Source of the DNA: Octopus vulgaris
Lineage: Eukaryota
Direction: 5' to 3'
Assembly: GCA_951406725.2 (NCBI GenBank)
Contig: OX597817.1
Location: 123,256,001 to 123,320,000 of the forward strand
Length of the DNA stretch: 64,000 nucleotides
Positions 1-12,913 of the stretch are shown here, in pieces; the stretch's first letter is position 1, and every line of letters begins with the position of its first letter. The translations under genes and the position numbers were made by a program. The notes under the pieces are model-generated. The model saw only the letters and a list, made by a program, of their open reading frames with translations, was not told the DNA's origin and made no database searches.

Positions 1-849
1 ACTTATATATAACTTTCATAAATATTTCTGAAACTTTTATAACTTCTATAAAAATTGACGAGGTGAAATTATAGTCTACTTTTACTGTCGCTGTAGTACT
101 AAACATATTAAAATGAATATGTATGTATTCTGGTTAATGATACTTTCAAAGAGAAAATGAAACCTTGAGGATATAATAGGAGTGAAATTTTAATTTGAAA
201 TGTTACCATGCTCGACTAAAACAAGAGCAGTGAGTATGTTCTGAGACGTCTGCACTCACTGATTAGTTTAAGTTATCGGTGTTCGAAGCCAGTATCTCGG
301 TGAGGTATATTCTAAATATCTGTTCATCTGGGAACAATGAAATAAGTGTTCGTTGTTATCATTACTGATGTTGTTGTTTAGCCCCAGGTAAGCCTTGATT
401 AAACCGACCTGTAATTGAATATATACATATACATGTATGTAAATGAGTACGTTAGTGAGTTCACATGTGCGTGTGTTTGTTTGTTTTTATGTATAGACGT
501 TTATGTGCGTAAACTTATATACAAACATGTTTATATATATATTTATATATATAAGAAGCATTTGTCTTTTTATGTAAGTTCATGCATATACACGCCTATA
601 TATAAATGCAAACACAGACGCACGTACATGTACACTCACGAACGCACTCCTTTATGCAGTAATGCAATGAATGAAACAATGCCTGTTAGTGCATTATCTC
701 ATTCATTATATAAATACGAGGAAAGGTACTTCATGCCTAGAGTAGTATATAATTTAATCGAAGTTTTGTCTTCACTAGATCCACCATTGATTACGATTTG
801 TGTGTGAGTGCGCATGCCTGCTTGCATATCAAGTAAAACGTAAAGAAAC

Positions 850-1450
850 AAAAGATCCGCACAACCAAAGTTTACGAAGTATATAATTATGTTCTGAGGA
901 AGAAACAGGTGAGTATTTAACGTTTCGGCTAGTGGTACTTCATCAGGAACACAAAATACATAAATGAAAAGAAAGGTAAGTGTAAAGCTGCTGCTGTTGC
1001 TGCTCCATACTCTTGCTTGAGGGGTTGGGGTCATCACAGGTTAGTGGTGCCAGAGTCATCACTATGTGTAGAACCGAACAAGTCTACTAGTGCTCCCCAA
1101 TGTTGGCATTCCTGTGCCAGCGGGGCCTTTGTAGGGGCCTCTGTGTAAAGCAGTGTTTGCTATTTGAAAGACAGCCCGGTGAATATAAAACTAAAGTGGA
1201 TAGAGTGAGTGCGTGCAGTTTGGTGTTTTACAAATAAAACAGTGTAATCGGACAGAGATATTCGAGATGTGTCAGTCTGATAAGTAAACGCACGCACGAG
1301 AGAGAAGCTCCTCTATTTTTCAGTATAAAAAATTTTATATGTCTACATAGAAGTGTGGGTGCTACTTTAGCGAGCGCTCTACCACAGAATCCGTAGCCTA
1401 TGCTGTGAAATGAGCTCATCTGCCTACTGAAACTTCAGCTGGTTTTGTGA
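850..1450 (-). mobile_element. Degenerate 3' end of a probable Penelope-like element with HHR motif
   Basis: Minus strand carries CTGATGA-agtaccactagcc-GAAACGTT (919-946). The upstream sequence looks like decayed coding DNA, but no clear protein motif survives. Confidence 0.4.
911..958 (-). ncRNA. Degenerate minimal hammerhead ribozyme motif
   Basis: Core CUGAUGA...GAAACGUU is present with palindromic ACGU helix III. Helices I and II pair poorly. Confidence 0.4.
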
Positions 1451-3146
1451 CTATTTATAGTATGGATTTATTACCTGTGCTTACCTTTGAGGATTATAAT
1501 TTTTATGAATATGACTTGTATGATTAAATGTAAGTCAGTAATAAATTCTTATTCAATATTATTCAACTTGGTTTTTATCATCATGCTATATAAAGTTATT
1601 GAGTTAGAGGCAGATCGGACGATAAAGTGGTATAGAAAAGTAAGTTTGTTTGTGTGTGTGTGTTTTGTTGTGTGAATGTGTGCATATGAGCATTTACCAC
1701 GGAGTATTGTCTACAATCATGCATACATATACATATATATACATGTATATCTGTATGTGTGCGCATGTATTAGACACACACATGTATTATATGCATGTAC
1801 ACATACAACGTTACGCGCATACACGTATGCATATATGTATATATGCTTGTATGTATTGCAAACATGCATATACGTATGTACATTCATACACACAGATCGT
1901 ATCCCGCTGATCCACCAAATGATCTACATACTTGTTGAATTATTGTGTATGTGGCATAGAATTTTCTGATATAGTTACACCTTTAGTGTAATCTTGAAGC
2001 AGAATCTGCGTGCGATAAGACTGGCCTCTTGAATATACAGAGAAAATCTATTTGACGGGTTCAAAGTTACCGTCTGTCCAATTTCACTCAACGCATTTGC
2101 TTGAACAACTGGGATTAACAGTTAAATAACCCTCAGGCATAACACACAGCTGTCTGGGGAAGACAGAGTAAGTTGGATCCTATTTCTCAAAATAAAACCA
2201 TGGAAAGGAATTTTGTCAGCGATATCAGTGTAGTCTCACCCAAAAATCCATAATTTCGAAGCGAAATCTTCGAACAGCAAACCAACAACAACCCACGCAT
2301 ACATTTATCATGTTGTCTCTAGAAGAATCTCTGTTCATCTGATGTCGCTAAACCCACTAACCATATCTATGTAATTTCTATATCTGTTTCTCCCCACACC
2401 AAAACAAAATTCTTATAATTACTAAAGCAAATGAATTCTCTAAGAAATGAACGAAAGTAAATACCTAATGCTTGCTAACCCATAGATCTCCCTTCTTATT
2501 TTGTGCATGTGTACATTCTTATTCGTTGCTATATAAACAACAATACACAAATACTAAAAGCGGCAAAGAAACCCTCTCTGTAGTTACTGGAACAGCTATG
2601 AACAACAGTCACATCATCTACAAACTATTCAAAGCTGGTGAAAAGGGAAAACTTTGAATACGATTTTCAATATGGCCAAGAGAAATTTGTGTTGATTCTC
2701 TTGATCCACGTCATTTATACCTATACAAACCTATCTGCAGCCTAAGGTACTCTAACTGTAGCCATACAGTATTATATTAAGATATGATGTATCTAAAACT
2801 GTTTTTATTTCTTGTTTTGAGACAATAAGTTAATTTGAAGAAGAAAATTGATTGCTATTTCGTAGCCGGTTGATGATCACACGGTGAATCATTATTAACA
2901 CAGTTTTAAGAGAGTCTCTTTTTAATACAAAATGCAAAATTAATTATCTATAATATCGTAGTTGTTGTTGTTTCTATTGTTGGTGTTGGTGGTCTTTCTG
3001 AACCCCATATCAACACGGCTTATGTGAACTTGCAACCAAATTATTTATGACGTGATATTGTTGAGAAATAATTAGGTCTACATTATATTCCATGCATTTT
3101 TTTTAAAGTCGGTGGGATGTTATTTGTAGGGAGTTAATTTACATCA

Positions 3147-3343
3147 CTCTTTGACTTGTTTCAGTCATTTGACTGCGGCCATGCTGGAGCACCGCCTTTA
3201 GTCGAGCAAATCGACTCCAGGACTTATTCTTTGTAAGCCAAGCCTAGTGCTTATTCTATCGGTCTCTTTTGCTGAACCGCTAAGTTCGTAAATACACCAA
3301 CATCGGTTGTCAAGCGATGTTGGCGGTACAAACACAGAAACAG

Positions 3344-3442
<99 letters not shown>

Positions 3443-3604
3443 CGACGAGATTCTTTCAGTTTCCGTCTACCAAATCCACTCACAAGGCTTTGCTTGATCC
3501 GAGGCTATAGCAGAAGACACTTGCCCCCAAGCTGCCACACAGTGGGACTGAACTCGGAACCATGTGGTTGGTAAGCAAGCTACTTACCACACAGCCACTC
3601 TTGC
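3147..3604 (-). mobile_element. tRNA-derived SINE family B (full length, internal TA/TG microsatellite)
   Basis: Minus-strand head GAGTGGCTGTGTGGTAAG (A box) ... CCGAGTTCAGTCCC (B box). Tail GGCGGTGCTCCAGCATGGCCGCAGTCAAATGACTGAAACAAG. Similar copies lie at 30.2, 54.2 and 56.0 kb. Confidence 0.9.
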
Positions 3605-4054
3605 GTATTAATATTTCATTCAGACGTTTCAAACATAGTGTCTTCTTCATAATGCTGCAAAGCAAAACGTTTTTGTTTTCTTATCCAGCGAGTCTTAACT
3701 CAGGCTCAGTTTAATACTGTCACCTGAACCTGGTGTCTGAGTCGGGAAATTCGGCCTGTCACAAGCATTTGGCAAAGGATTTCCGTTTGAGTGGAACTTA
3801 ACCCTTTCCCGCCACGAATCTTGGAGGCTCAAATAAATAAGGGGTAATGATTGGTCCATCGGCGTAACTAAATAATCGACTGAAAGGTTTACAGGGTGAG
3901 TAAAAGCAAATCTGGAAGACACTAACTAGTGACATCGTTTTCAAGTTTAAACAATTATAAAATATTTTTACTGAAGCCCATACTCTCCCATAATGTGGCA
4001 ATGCTAATGTTAATATGTTTCTTTATTAGCCACACAGGGCTGCACACAATGTTA

Positions 4055-4480
4055 ATAATAATTTTGGCACAAGCCCGGAAGGTCTGCGTCGAGATTGTGG
4101 CGATAATATTGACCCCTGCACTAAACTGCTACTTATTTTATCGACACCGATAATATGAAAGGTAAAGCCAAACTTGGCGGAATTTGAACTTAGGGCATAA
4201 ACGCAGAAGAAATACCTATTTCTTTACTGCCCACAAGGGGCTACACACAGAGGGGACAAACAAGGGCAGACAAAGAGATTAAGTCGATTACATCAACCCC
4301 AGTGCTTAACTGGTACGTAATTTATCGACCCCGAAAGGATGCAAGTCGACTTCTACCCCGAAAGTTAAATGGCGAAGTCGATCTCGGTGAGATTTATACT
4401 CAGAATGCGAAGAGTTGACACAAATACCACACAGCAGTTTTACCAACTATGTGACTATTCTTTCTACTTGACGCCTTTGT
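4055..4480 (-). mobile_element. SINE family A, tandem/dimeric copies
   Basis: Contains the reverse complement of CATCCTTTCGGGGTCGATAAATT..GTACCAG and B box GAGTTCAAATTCCGCC, shared with more than 10 copies in the window. Confidence 0.85.
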
Positions 4481-4599
4481 ATCTAATTGTGACACTAGGA
4501 TTGAAATTTAGTGGTGAGGTGGTTAGCTGATTATATTGACCCAGTGCTTAAATTTCTATATTCAGTTTGTCGTTATTCTAAGCTCATTCTTTTCGCTTT

Positions 4600-5500
4600 T
4601 CTTCGTATTTTTATTTTTCCGAAATGGTTCACAATTTCCTTCAACCCCTGTTACCTATTTTCTTTTCATCTTTGCAATAAGACAGCTTGAACTTACTATC
4701 TGGATTCTTTGGCAAATTTTCTGCTACAACTGGAGTGAAGCCTTCGTTTTCTTTATACCTCACTTCGACGTTCTCCGTTGGCGAAGATAGAGTGGATTCA
4801 TATAATACTTTGTGTTGATAATGTTTGTGACCGGTACTGATAATGCTATTAGTATCAGAGTTTGCTTTGTCCATCCTCTCTACAAGCTGCTTCTTTTCTT
4901 TTACTCAATTTGGACATAAAGCACGAAAGGGTTTATGCTACTGGATATATAACATTTAGACTTTCTTCTGTTTAAATTGTGGGGTGGACCCTAAACGAAG
5001 TACGCATCGAAATGACACTGCTGTCTATGTGGTGAGGTAATATTTTGAGGTCCAAATTAACCTCCAACCAAACTCTCCAGCCGTCTACTGGGGCAATTAT
5101 TATCTAGCCATAGAATTTCGAAAAGCAAATGACTAGCTATTGGTATATCCCACAGAACATGTTCCTAACCATGACCATCGTATTACGGAGTCCCTTAAAT
5201 TGTTACATGCGCCTGTGGGTCACTGAATAGCATATAATAGCTACTTCACTTCTTTCACTGTCTTTAGAACTAGTTCTATGAACTCATATGACTAGTCACG
5301 TCCACCTTCGCAGACTTTCAGACACACATCAGCTAGGACATTTTCAAAATACGTTCCCGTTCCCATTGTCCCTTTTCTTTAATTTACGAATTCCTGAAGT
5401 GAAATATCTCAGTGTTTGGTGACGTAAGTAGGCAAACATTTTACCCTTACGATTGGAAAGAAAAGTCCAAAATCTAGAAGTCACTGACGAATTCGGTGAA
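4600..5500 (-). pseudogene. Possible decayed retroelement ORF1/gag-like fragment with zinc-knuckle remnant
   Basis: Minus strand near 4915-4965 reads KSKCYISSSINP/RALCP across a frameshift, resembling a decayed CX2CX4HX4C. The sequence is non-repetitive and coding-like. Confidence 0.3.
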
Positions 5501-5584
5501 ATAAGAATTTGTTGTTTAAGGTTCATCCTCATTATTGTTTTCATATTACTTTTATTGTTGTTGTTGCTACTCTTAATATTGATT

Positions 5585-5998
5585 TCAAATTTCATCACAA
5601 GGCAGCAAATTACGGAGAGGGGGAAAATCGATCCCTGTACTCAACATGTACTCAACATCGACACCAGTGATCAAGTGGTGCTTATCTTATTAACGCTGAA
5701 AGGATAAAATGTGAAGTGGACCTGGGCAGAATTTGAACTTAGAACGTAAAGAAAGACGAAATACCTATTTCTTTACTCCACACAAGAGGCTAAACACAGA
5801 GAGTACAAACAAGGACAGACAAACGGATTAAGTCGATTATACCGACCTCAGTGCGTAACTGGTACTTATTTAATCGACCCCGAAAGGATGAAAGGCAAAG
5901 TCGACCTCGGCGGAATTTGAACACAGAACGTGACTGCAGACGAAATACGGCTACGCATTTCACCCGGCGTGCTAGCGTTTCTGACAGCTCGCCGCTTC
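5585..5998 (-). mobile_element. SINE family A, head-to-tail dimer
   Basis: Head GGCGAGCTGTCAGAAACGCTAGCACGCCGGGTGAAATGC, B box GTTCAAATTCCGCCGAGG and core GCCTTTCATCCTTTCGGGGTCGAT, followed by a second truncated unit. Confidence 0.9.
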
Positions 5999-6009
5999 TG
6001 AGTAGTCTT

Positions 6010-6131
6010 GAGTAATGTGAAATGAAATGTTTGGGCTCAAGAACAAGACGTGCAACTGGTCTTGGAATCGAAACCACGATCATGATATCGTGAGTGCAAC
6101 ACACCTAACCACTAAGCCACGCTCCTTCACA
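6010..6131 (-). mobile_element. tRNA-derived SINE head fragment (family C-like)
   Basis: Minus strand GTGAAGGAGCGTGGCTTAGTGGTTAGG ... GGTTTCGATTCC (A and B boxes), then TTGAGCCCAAAC. Confidence 0.7.
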
Positions 6132-6644
6132 ATGTCGCTCTTAATATTGATATGGTTATTACTGTCGTTATTGTCGCCGGCTGTTTGTTCAGACGCAAAT
6201 GCTTGTGATATTAATTCTAAAGTGACAATCTTCATGCTATAACTGCTCATGTTATTGTTAGTTTCTTTATCTGCTTCTCTTGCTTTTATCGTTCAAAGCA
6301 TCTTTGTTTTGCCAAAGTTATTTGCCTAGAGTGCGGCGGCGGCGGCGGTGGTGGTGTTGGCGCTCAATGGGCATACTACCACTATACTGGGAGACTCCTC
6401 TACCTCTCACCACAACTAAGCAAGACACCATGTTAACAATAAACAGAGAAACACAGAAGACAGTAGGCCAAATAATCAAATTTACTATAAACAGTTTTCC
6501 TACACCTATCAAACGGAAAAAATAAAACAGTCAAAATTCTCTCACCTCGTCTTTTTGTATATTCATAACGATGGGAAGATATAAAAAATTCCATTAGCGT
6601 GTCAAATCAGGTTGTAGTTATATGAGAAAACACGTTGACACCTA

Positions 6645-6828
<184 letters not shown>

Positions 6829-6832
6829 CTTA

Positions 6833-7040
6833 AATTTTGACACAAGGCCTGCAATTTCAGGGGCGAGAGTAAGTCGATTACATCGACTCCAGTGTCCAAC
6901 TGGTTCTTATTTAATCGATCCCGAAAGGAGGAAAAGCAAAGTCGACTATGTCAGAATTGGAACTCAGAACATAGCGACAGGTGAAATACCGCTAAGCTTT
7001 TCGTCCAGCTTCGCTGATGACTCTTCCAGTTTGCCGCCTT
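6833..7040 (-). mobile_element. SINE family A
   Basis: Plus strand ATCGATCCCGAAAGGAGGAAAAGCAAAGTCGAC...GAACTCAGAAC...GAAATACCGCTAAGC matches the other family A copies. Confidence 0.85.
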
Positions 7041-7057
7041 ACTACTACTAATAATAA

Positions 7058-7255
7058 TGGTTTCAAATTTTGGTGCAAAGCCAGCAGTCTTTAACAGGAG
7101 GGTGAAATCGATTACATTTACTGGTATTTATTTCATTGACCCCGAAGGATGAAAAGCAAAATAGATCTCGGCGGAATTTGAATACAGAACGCAAAAAACA
7201 GACGAAATGACGCAAAGTGTTTAGTCCGGCGTGCGAACAATTCGGCCAGTTCACC
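7058..7255 (-). mobile_element. SINE family A
   Basis: GACCCCGAAGGATGAAAAGC...CTCGGCGGAATTTGAA...GACGAAATG. Confidence 0.8.
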
Positions 7256-7371
7256 ATATTATTGATTTTAAATTTTGGTACAACTGGAGCAATTTCAAGG
7301 GAGGAATTAAGTAACTTACCTCTACCCAAGTCGATGAAATAAGGCACCTTTACTATATAGACACTGGTCCT

Positions 7372-7900
7372 CATGGCTTCTCATTTAACTGATTAGAAGT
7401 TTTATCATGTACACTGTTTTGTCTTAGTGTAAAAGATGAGCTACAGCAAATATTCTGTTCAATACCACAGATTACATGTCAGTTGTTTGATCTTAACCAA
7501 TTGAGCATGCCCTTTAGTGGCTCACTATATATGTACATCTCTGATCACGAGGAGAAGTATTGGGGGAAGCATCATAGCCATGTGTCGAGAGAATTGCTTT
7601 TGGGATTTAGATAATTCGCCTCTGGAACCATGGGTTTTTCGTTTAACATCCTTAAGTAACCGTTATTCAAGGACATTTTGAGTGAGGTGGGCTACTAAAA
7701 AAAAAAAAAAGATCTAACGGGGACCCACATGCAAAGTCATGCCCTGTTGATCTTGACATGAGATCACCATGTCGTGCACATATGGTTGTGTTACATGTGC
7801 CTGGTGTACTTTTATCAGACGGGTAGTCATGATGGATATATTGGGCTTCGTATATTTGTAGTTCAGTGTGATTTTGATGGCACGTGCTGCTCTCTCACTC
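7372..7900 (+). mobile_element. Unclassified interspersed repeat ending in an (AAT)n tail
   Basis: Block of higher GC content ending ...CTCTCTCACTC-AATAATAAT. No coding similarity recognised; single copy in the window. Confidence 0.35.
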
Positions 7901-7948
7901 AATAATAATAATAATAGTAATAGTAATAATAATAATAATAGTAATAGT

Positions 7949-8556
7949 ATGGCTAAGAAGGAATATATTCACAGACATGACAGTGTTGGAACCTACATAC
8001 ACTGGAAGCTATGCCAACATTATGGAATAACAACAGAAAAAAGATGTTATAGGCACACACCAGAAAAAGTAACAGAAAACGAGAAAGCAACCATACTCTG
8101 GGATATGCCGATACACACAGATAAAGAAATTAAGGCCAACAGACCAGATATAGTTGTCAGAGATCATGAAGAAAAAATGCTTTCTAATTGATGTATCAAT
8201 ACTGGCAGATGACAACGTGTTTCTAAAAGAAATGGAGAAACTTTCAAAATACAAAGACCTGGAAATAGAGGTAACCAGAATGTGGAATCTAAAAACAGAA
8301 ACAATTCCTATCATAGTAGGCACATTAGGCATGATAAAAAAATATTCAGACTAATACATAACAAAAACACCAGGACTTACAAACACATATAACATACAGA
8401 AAATTGCACTACTAGGCACTGCAGACATCCTACGCAGAACACTTTCCATACAATAACCATCAGAGCATCACAACAAATCACAGCACATACCCAAAGCACA
8501 CAGAGCTGCGCTCGGTAGTGAAGTGAAAGCACGCTATAAAAATAAAACTACTGAAT
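7949..8556 (+). mobile_element. 5'-truncated R4/Dong-type non-LTR retrotransposon (REL endonuclease domain plus 3' UTR)
   Basis: Translates KEYIHRHDSVGTYIHWKLC...ILWDMPIHTDKEIKANRPDIVVRD / CFLIDVSI...EKLSKYKDL...IPIIVGTLG (RHD, PD..D and K..KY motifs) with a frameshift and a stop. Flanked by AAT repeats and nearly identical to 39100-39690. Confidence 0.92.
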
Positions 8557-8563
8557 GATAATG

Positions 8564-8620
<57 letters not shown>

Positions 8621-8746
8621 TATAGTAGTAGTAGTAGTACTAGTAGTAGTAATGATAATAATAATGATAATAATTATAATAATAGTAGTAGTAGTAGTAG
8701 TAGTAGCAGCAGCAGAAGAAGAAGTACTAGTAGTAGTAGTAGTAGC

Positions 8747-8792
<46 letters not shown>
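8557..8792. repeat. (AAT)n/(AGT)n compound microsatellite
   Basis: Visible runs. Confidence 0.95.
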
Positions 8793-10560
8793 ACCGAATG
8801 TAGCAATTTGTTTCTTTAATGGTTATAATGCCTTGGTCTTGTCGCAGACAGACACACAACGTGCTCATTCATATACGCCAGGGACAAAAAATGGAAGAAA
8901 GAATATTCAATACCGTTAGCACATACATGCGCATACATGTTTGAGTGTGTGTATGTATGTGCATGCGTACACGTGTATGTATTTGTGATGTACCCGTACT
9001 TGTATCTCTCTCTCCCTCTCTCTCGCTCCCCCTCTCTCTCTCTCTCTATATATATATATACATAGATATACATGTATATAAATACATAAATATATATACA
9101 GTCATATATATGTATATACACACATGTATATATATATACCTTAGGAATAATGAACGGAAAAAAGACTACTCAGTGCCGTTAGAAAAGCTTAAAGTATTTA
9201 TTATGCAAGGTCAGTTAAGACATGTCAGTACTAAATGATTCTGGCCAACAGAGAAAAACGATTGCCATAGCATTTTAGATGAGAGGTATAGTTCTCTGTT
9301 ATGAAAGAAGGTAGTGTGAGATTTGAGGGGCATTTAGCTATTATTTCAAACGGGTCGAATTACTGTATTGTTTCCTAAAGTTATTGTTTAGTCCAAGGTC
9401 AGCCTTGGGGGAGAAGTTAGATATGATATATTGAAGAATGTTTTAGTCGTGAAAATGTGAACTTATTGCTACTGATTGAACGAATGCATCAATAACTTTC
9501 TCTGGTGGCAGAGATACTTATGTATTGACATGTTCTGACTGACTTTACGTCAGATATACAAGATTTCCCGCTCAAATTCGACACTAACAACCTCAGTTTC
9601 ATTAACGACAATCTCAATCTGTTAATCGTCGGATTCAATCTCGTTATCCCGAGTCTTGCTTACATTTGTGTCGCAATTACGTGATCAACTTCAATTTCGT
9701 CACTATGAACAACGATTTCACCCTTAACTTTAATTTCATTGCAGTCATCTTAAATTTAATGTCTATTAATAGTATTGTTTCTCATTTATCGTGGTCAACC
9801 AAAAGAATACGCTTGTAAACGAAGAGTAAGTGTACCAAATTATGTACCAAATTATGTGACTGAGATTACTTCCTCATTAAATATTATTGAGATGACTTAT
9901 GAAACTATTAAAAATTACAAAGAAAAAACAAAAAAAAAACAAACAAGAAGTTGGTACTGAACAAAAGAATCAAAGAATTTTCGAAAGAGTAGACGTTTCA
10001 GGATAAACGAAGGTCTTCATACAAACATCAAGGTACAGAAAATGTCATATATCTTTTAGAATGCTCTGCGACATATTTTTTGAGTATTTTTATGTGAGGT
10101 TATAAAAAGAAACAAGAAAACAAATGTTGATAAATACCTCAAAAGTCGCCATTACACATTCAAGAAGTCTAATCGATTTCTAAAAAGCTTTCTAAATGCA
10201 GTAGATATGTTTTAGTCATAAAAATACAAATTACACACATTAATAATGCAAGTCGATGCTTAGTACTATTATCTATTTCTTCCGTCAAAAATTACAGAAA
10301 TGCCATGCCCAAGATATCGAAGTTTCCATTGAAGCTACAAGCAACATTACACATTCAATAAAAGTCTAATCGATTTTAATTACAAAGTAAACTTTCTATA
10401 ATATGTTTTAGTCATAATATAGCATACAAAACACTACAGAGCTAACAAATCAGCTACCAACACCTTTTCTCCGTCACTTTCCTGCAGAAGGAGTCCTAAC
10501 CCCTAAATTCTGAAATACCATATACTCGTACAAAATATCGACCTGTATTAATAATCTCAT

Positions 10561-10656
<96 letters not shown>

Positions 10657-10794
10657 TATAATGATATAAGATAATATAATATAATAAAATAAAATAAAAT
10701 AAAACACACACACTGATTGAACTATACTTTCATATAAATTCTGCAATCTTATCATGTAGTAGTGGTGACAGTCATGCTTCACAATTCTATAATT

Positions 10795-11131
10795 AGAAGA
10801 CGCATGCCTCAGTGGTTCAATTGTCGGGCTCACAACCATGAGGTAGTGAGTTCGATTTCCGAACCCAGCTGTGTGTACTTGAGCAAGACATTTTATTTCA
10901 CGTTGCTCCAGTTCACTCAGTTGTAGAAATGAATTGCGACATCACTGGTGTCAATTTGTATCAGCCTTTGCCTTTCCCTAGGATAATATCAGTGGCATAG
11001 AGAGGGGAGACTGTATGGGCGACTGCTGATCTTCCAGAAACAACCTTGCCCGGACTTGAACCTCGGAAGGAAACTTTCTAGGTGCAATCCCATAGTTATT
11101 CATGACCCAAGAGGATCTTTACCCTTTACCC
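10795..11131 (+). mobile_element. tRNA-derived SINE family C
   Basis: GCATGCCTCAGTGGTT (A box), GAGTTCGATTTCC (B box), CTTGAGCAAGACA body motif, and a (TTTACCC)2 tail. Confidence 0.8.
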
Positions 11132-11384
11132 CATATATAGAGGGTGCGATGGGTAAAGTACCATCATGTTATATTTATAATTTCGCGAATGCGCATTGTT
11201 CGCTTTTGATTTTTTCGAATACACAGTATAGTAGGGGCAGCTGGGTATCGTCTATGAGAAAAAACATCATGACGCAATTCTCCGAAAGGATTAAAAGTAT
11301 TCTACTTCGAAGGAATTTGTACCCAGAACTATCAAAGACATGAAATGCCGCTAAGCTCTTTGACCGACTTGCTAACGGTTGTTT

Positions 11385-11593
11385 TCTACTCAAGGCACAA
11401 GGCTCAAAATTTTGGGGGAGGGGGCTAGTCAATTAGGTAGACCCCAGTACGCAACTAGTACTTAATTTATCGACCCTTAAAGGATGAAAGGCAAAGTTAA
11501 CCACGTCGGAATTTGAACTCAGAACATAAAGACAGACGAAATACCGCTAAGCATTTCGCCCGGCGTGCTAAGGATTCTGCCAGCTCGCCGCCT
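11385..11593 (-). mobile_element. SINE family A (full length)
   Basis: Minus-strand head GGCGGCGAGCTGGCAGAATCCTTAGCACGCCGGGCGAAATGCTTAGCGGTATTTCG, B box GAGTTCAAATTCC. A degenerate copy adjoins at ~11230-11380. Confidence 0.9.
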
Positions 11594-11905
11594 TAGATTA
11601 TTATCTGATATTGCACTATACATATCACATTTGATCCATTCCATGTCATTTTCTCAGACAAAAGTGAAAAGAATCAATAAAGGTGTCACATACATTCCTG
11701 AAATTACTGTATTATACACCCTGAAAGATACATTTTCAAAGAAATTTTATTTTGTATCGAATAGTTTGCTTTAAGGAAAACTATCGATTTCTCTGCACTG
11801 TGTTAGCCGGTTTTACAGGAGTGGTGATTGAGTAAACAGTCTTTAATCTCCTTATATATATATATGGCAAATCAAACATGTAAGATGGAATATACGAGAA
11901 TTTGT

Positions 11906-12018
11906 TATTAATCACAATATTTTCGACACATCTAGCAACGATTCCTCATTGGTGAAACACTCAACAACTGGTTCAGGAGTATCCGGCGGTGCAGATGTAT
12001 CTCATCAGGTAATAAATA
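11906..12018 (-). ncRNA. Type-I hammerhead ribozyme motif with extended helix II
   Basis: Helix I TATTTATTAC/GTGATTAATA, core CTGATGA, helix II GATACATCTGC/GCTAGATGTGTC closing a 54-nt insert, GAAA, then ATATT. Confidence 0.75.
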
Positions 12019-12882
12019 GATACAACTCGTTAAAATAAATGTTCCGCAATGTAACTTCCCGTTTTATAGAAAGAAAAGCAGCCAGACGGAGGAAATATCT
12101 TCATTTATATGGAAGATCAAAAATAAAATCACAGATGGCAAAAAGAGAAACGAACACACAATCCAGCGAGAAAAGTTCTAGCTGCTGGTCATGAATTAAA
12201 TATTGTTAGATATTCTTCCAAACCTTAATTCTCTATGGCTATAAATTCCCTTGACCACATAAAGAAACAAATCTCAGAAGAAGTCATTTAAATATTGGTA
12301 AATGCCCAAAAACATCTGACAATATTTAATTTATGACCAGCAGCTATCAACTCTTAGTGGTTTTAAATCTTAATAATCGCAGTATATTAGCTGCATTAGA
12401 TCTTTCAATGATGATAAGGGGATAGATAAAATTTCTAGCTAAATTACCACCTCATGACCCCACTGTGATCAACTTCAGCCACTTCAAAATTGCTGCTGTT
12501 TCTCTCTAAGTTTATTATGCTACAATAGTAGCAGTATGGAATTCTTTCTCTGGCGAAATATTTGCTAAAATTATGATAAAATATCCTGTCTGTTGAAAAT
12601 CTATATTTTTGCAACCGAAAATAGCAGTGTATTTCAAATTGATATAATGCTTGCATTATTTGATTAAATGGAGCCGCCTGAAACGGCCGTATTGCATTGA
12701 TACCTTGACATCCTTGTTTCTTATTTGCTTTTTATTCACCTTACTTCGAGCTGTGTGGATAATACCAGAGTGACTTGGTGCCTCAACTTAAGTACCTAAT
12801 TCAACACACACACGCACACACACACACGCGCGCGCGCGCACACACACACACATATATATATATATACTTATTTATATGTATG

Positions 12883-12913
<31 letters not shown>

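Noticed and set aside
3616-3657. ATGAAGA-AGACA/TGTTT-GAAACGTC hammerhead-like string on the minus strand
   Set aside because: C3 is missing and helix I is out of register; it cannot be told from chance, though a decayed HHR is possible.
3689-3895. Possible plus-strand exon (polypyrimidine-CAG acceptor, G|GTGAGT donor)
   Set aside because: Stop codons in all three frames and no recognisable protein; a non-coding exon cannot be supported.
9986-10024. ATGAAGA...GAAACGTC on the minus strand
   Set aside because: No helix II and a non-canonical core.
10478-10525. CTGCAGA...GAAA upstream of a TA run
   Set aside because: No helix I or helix III partner.
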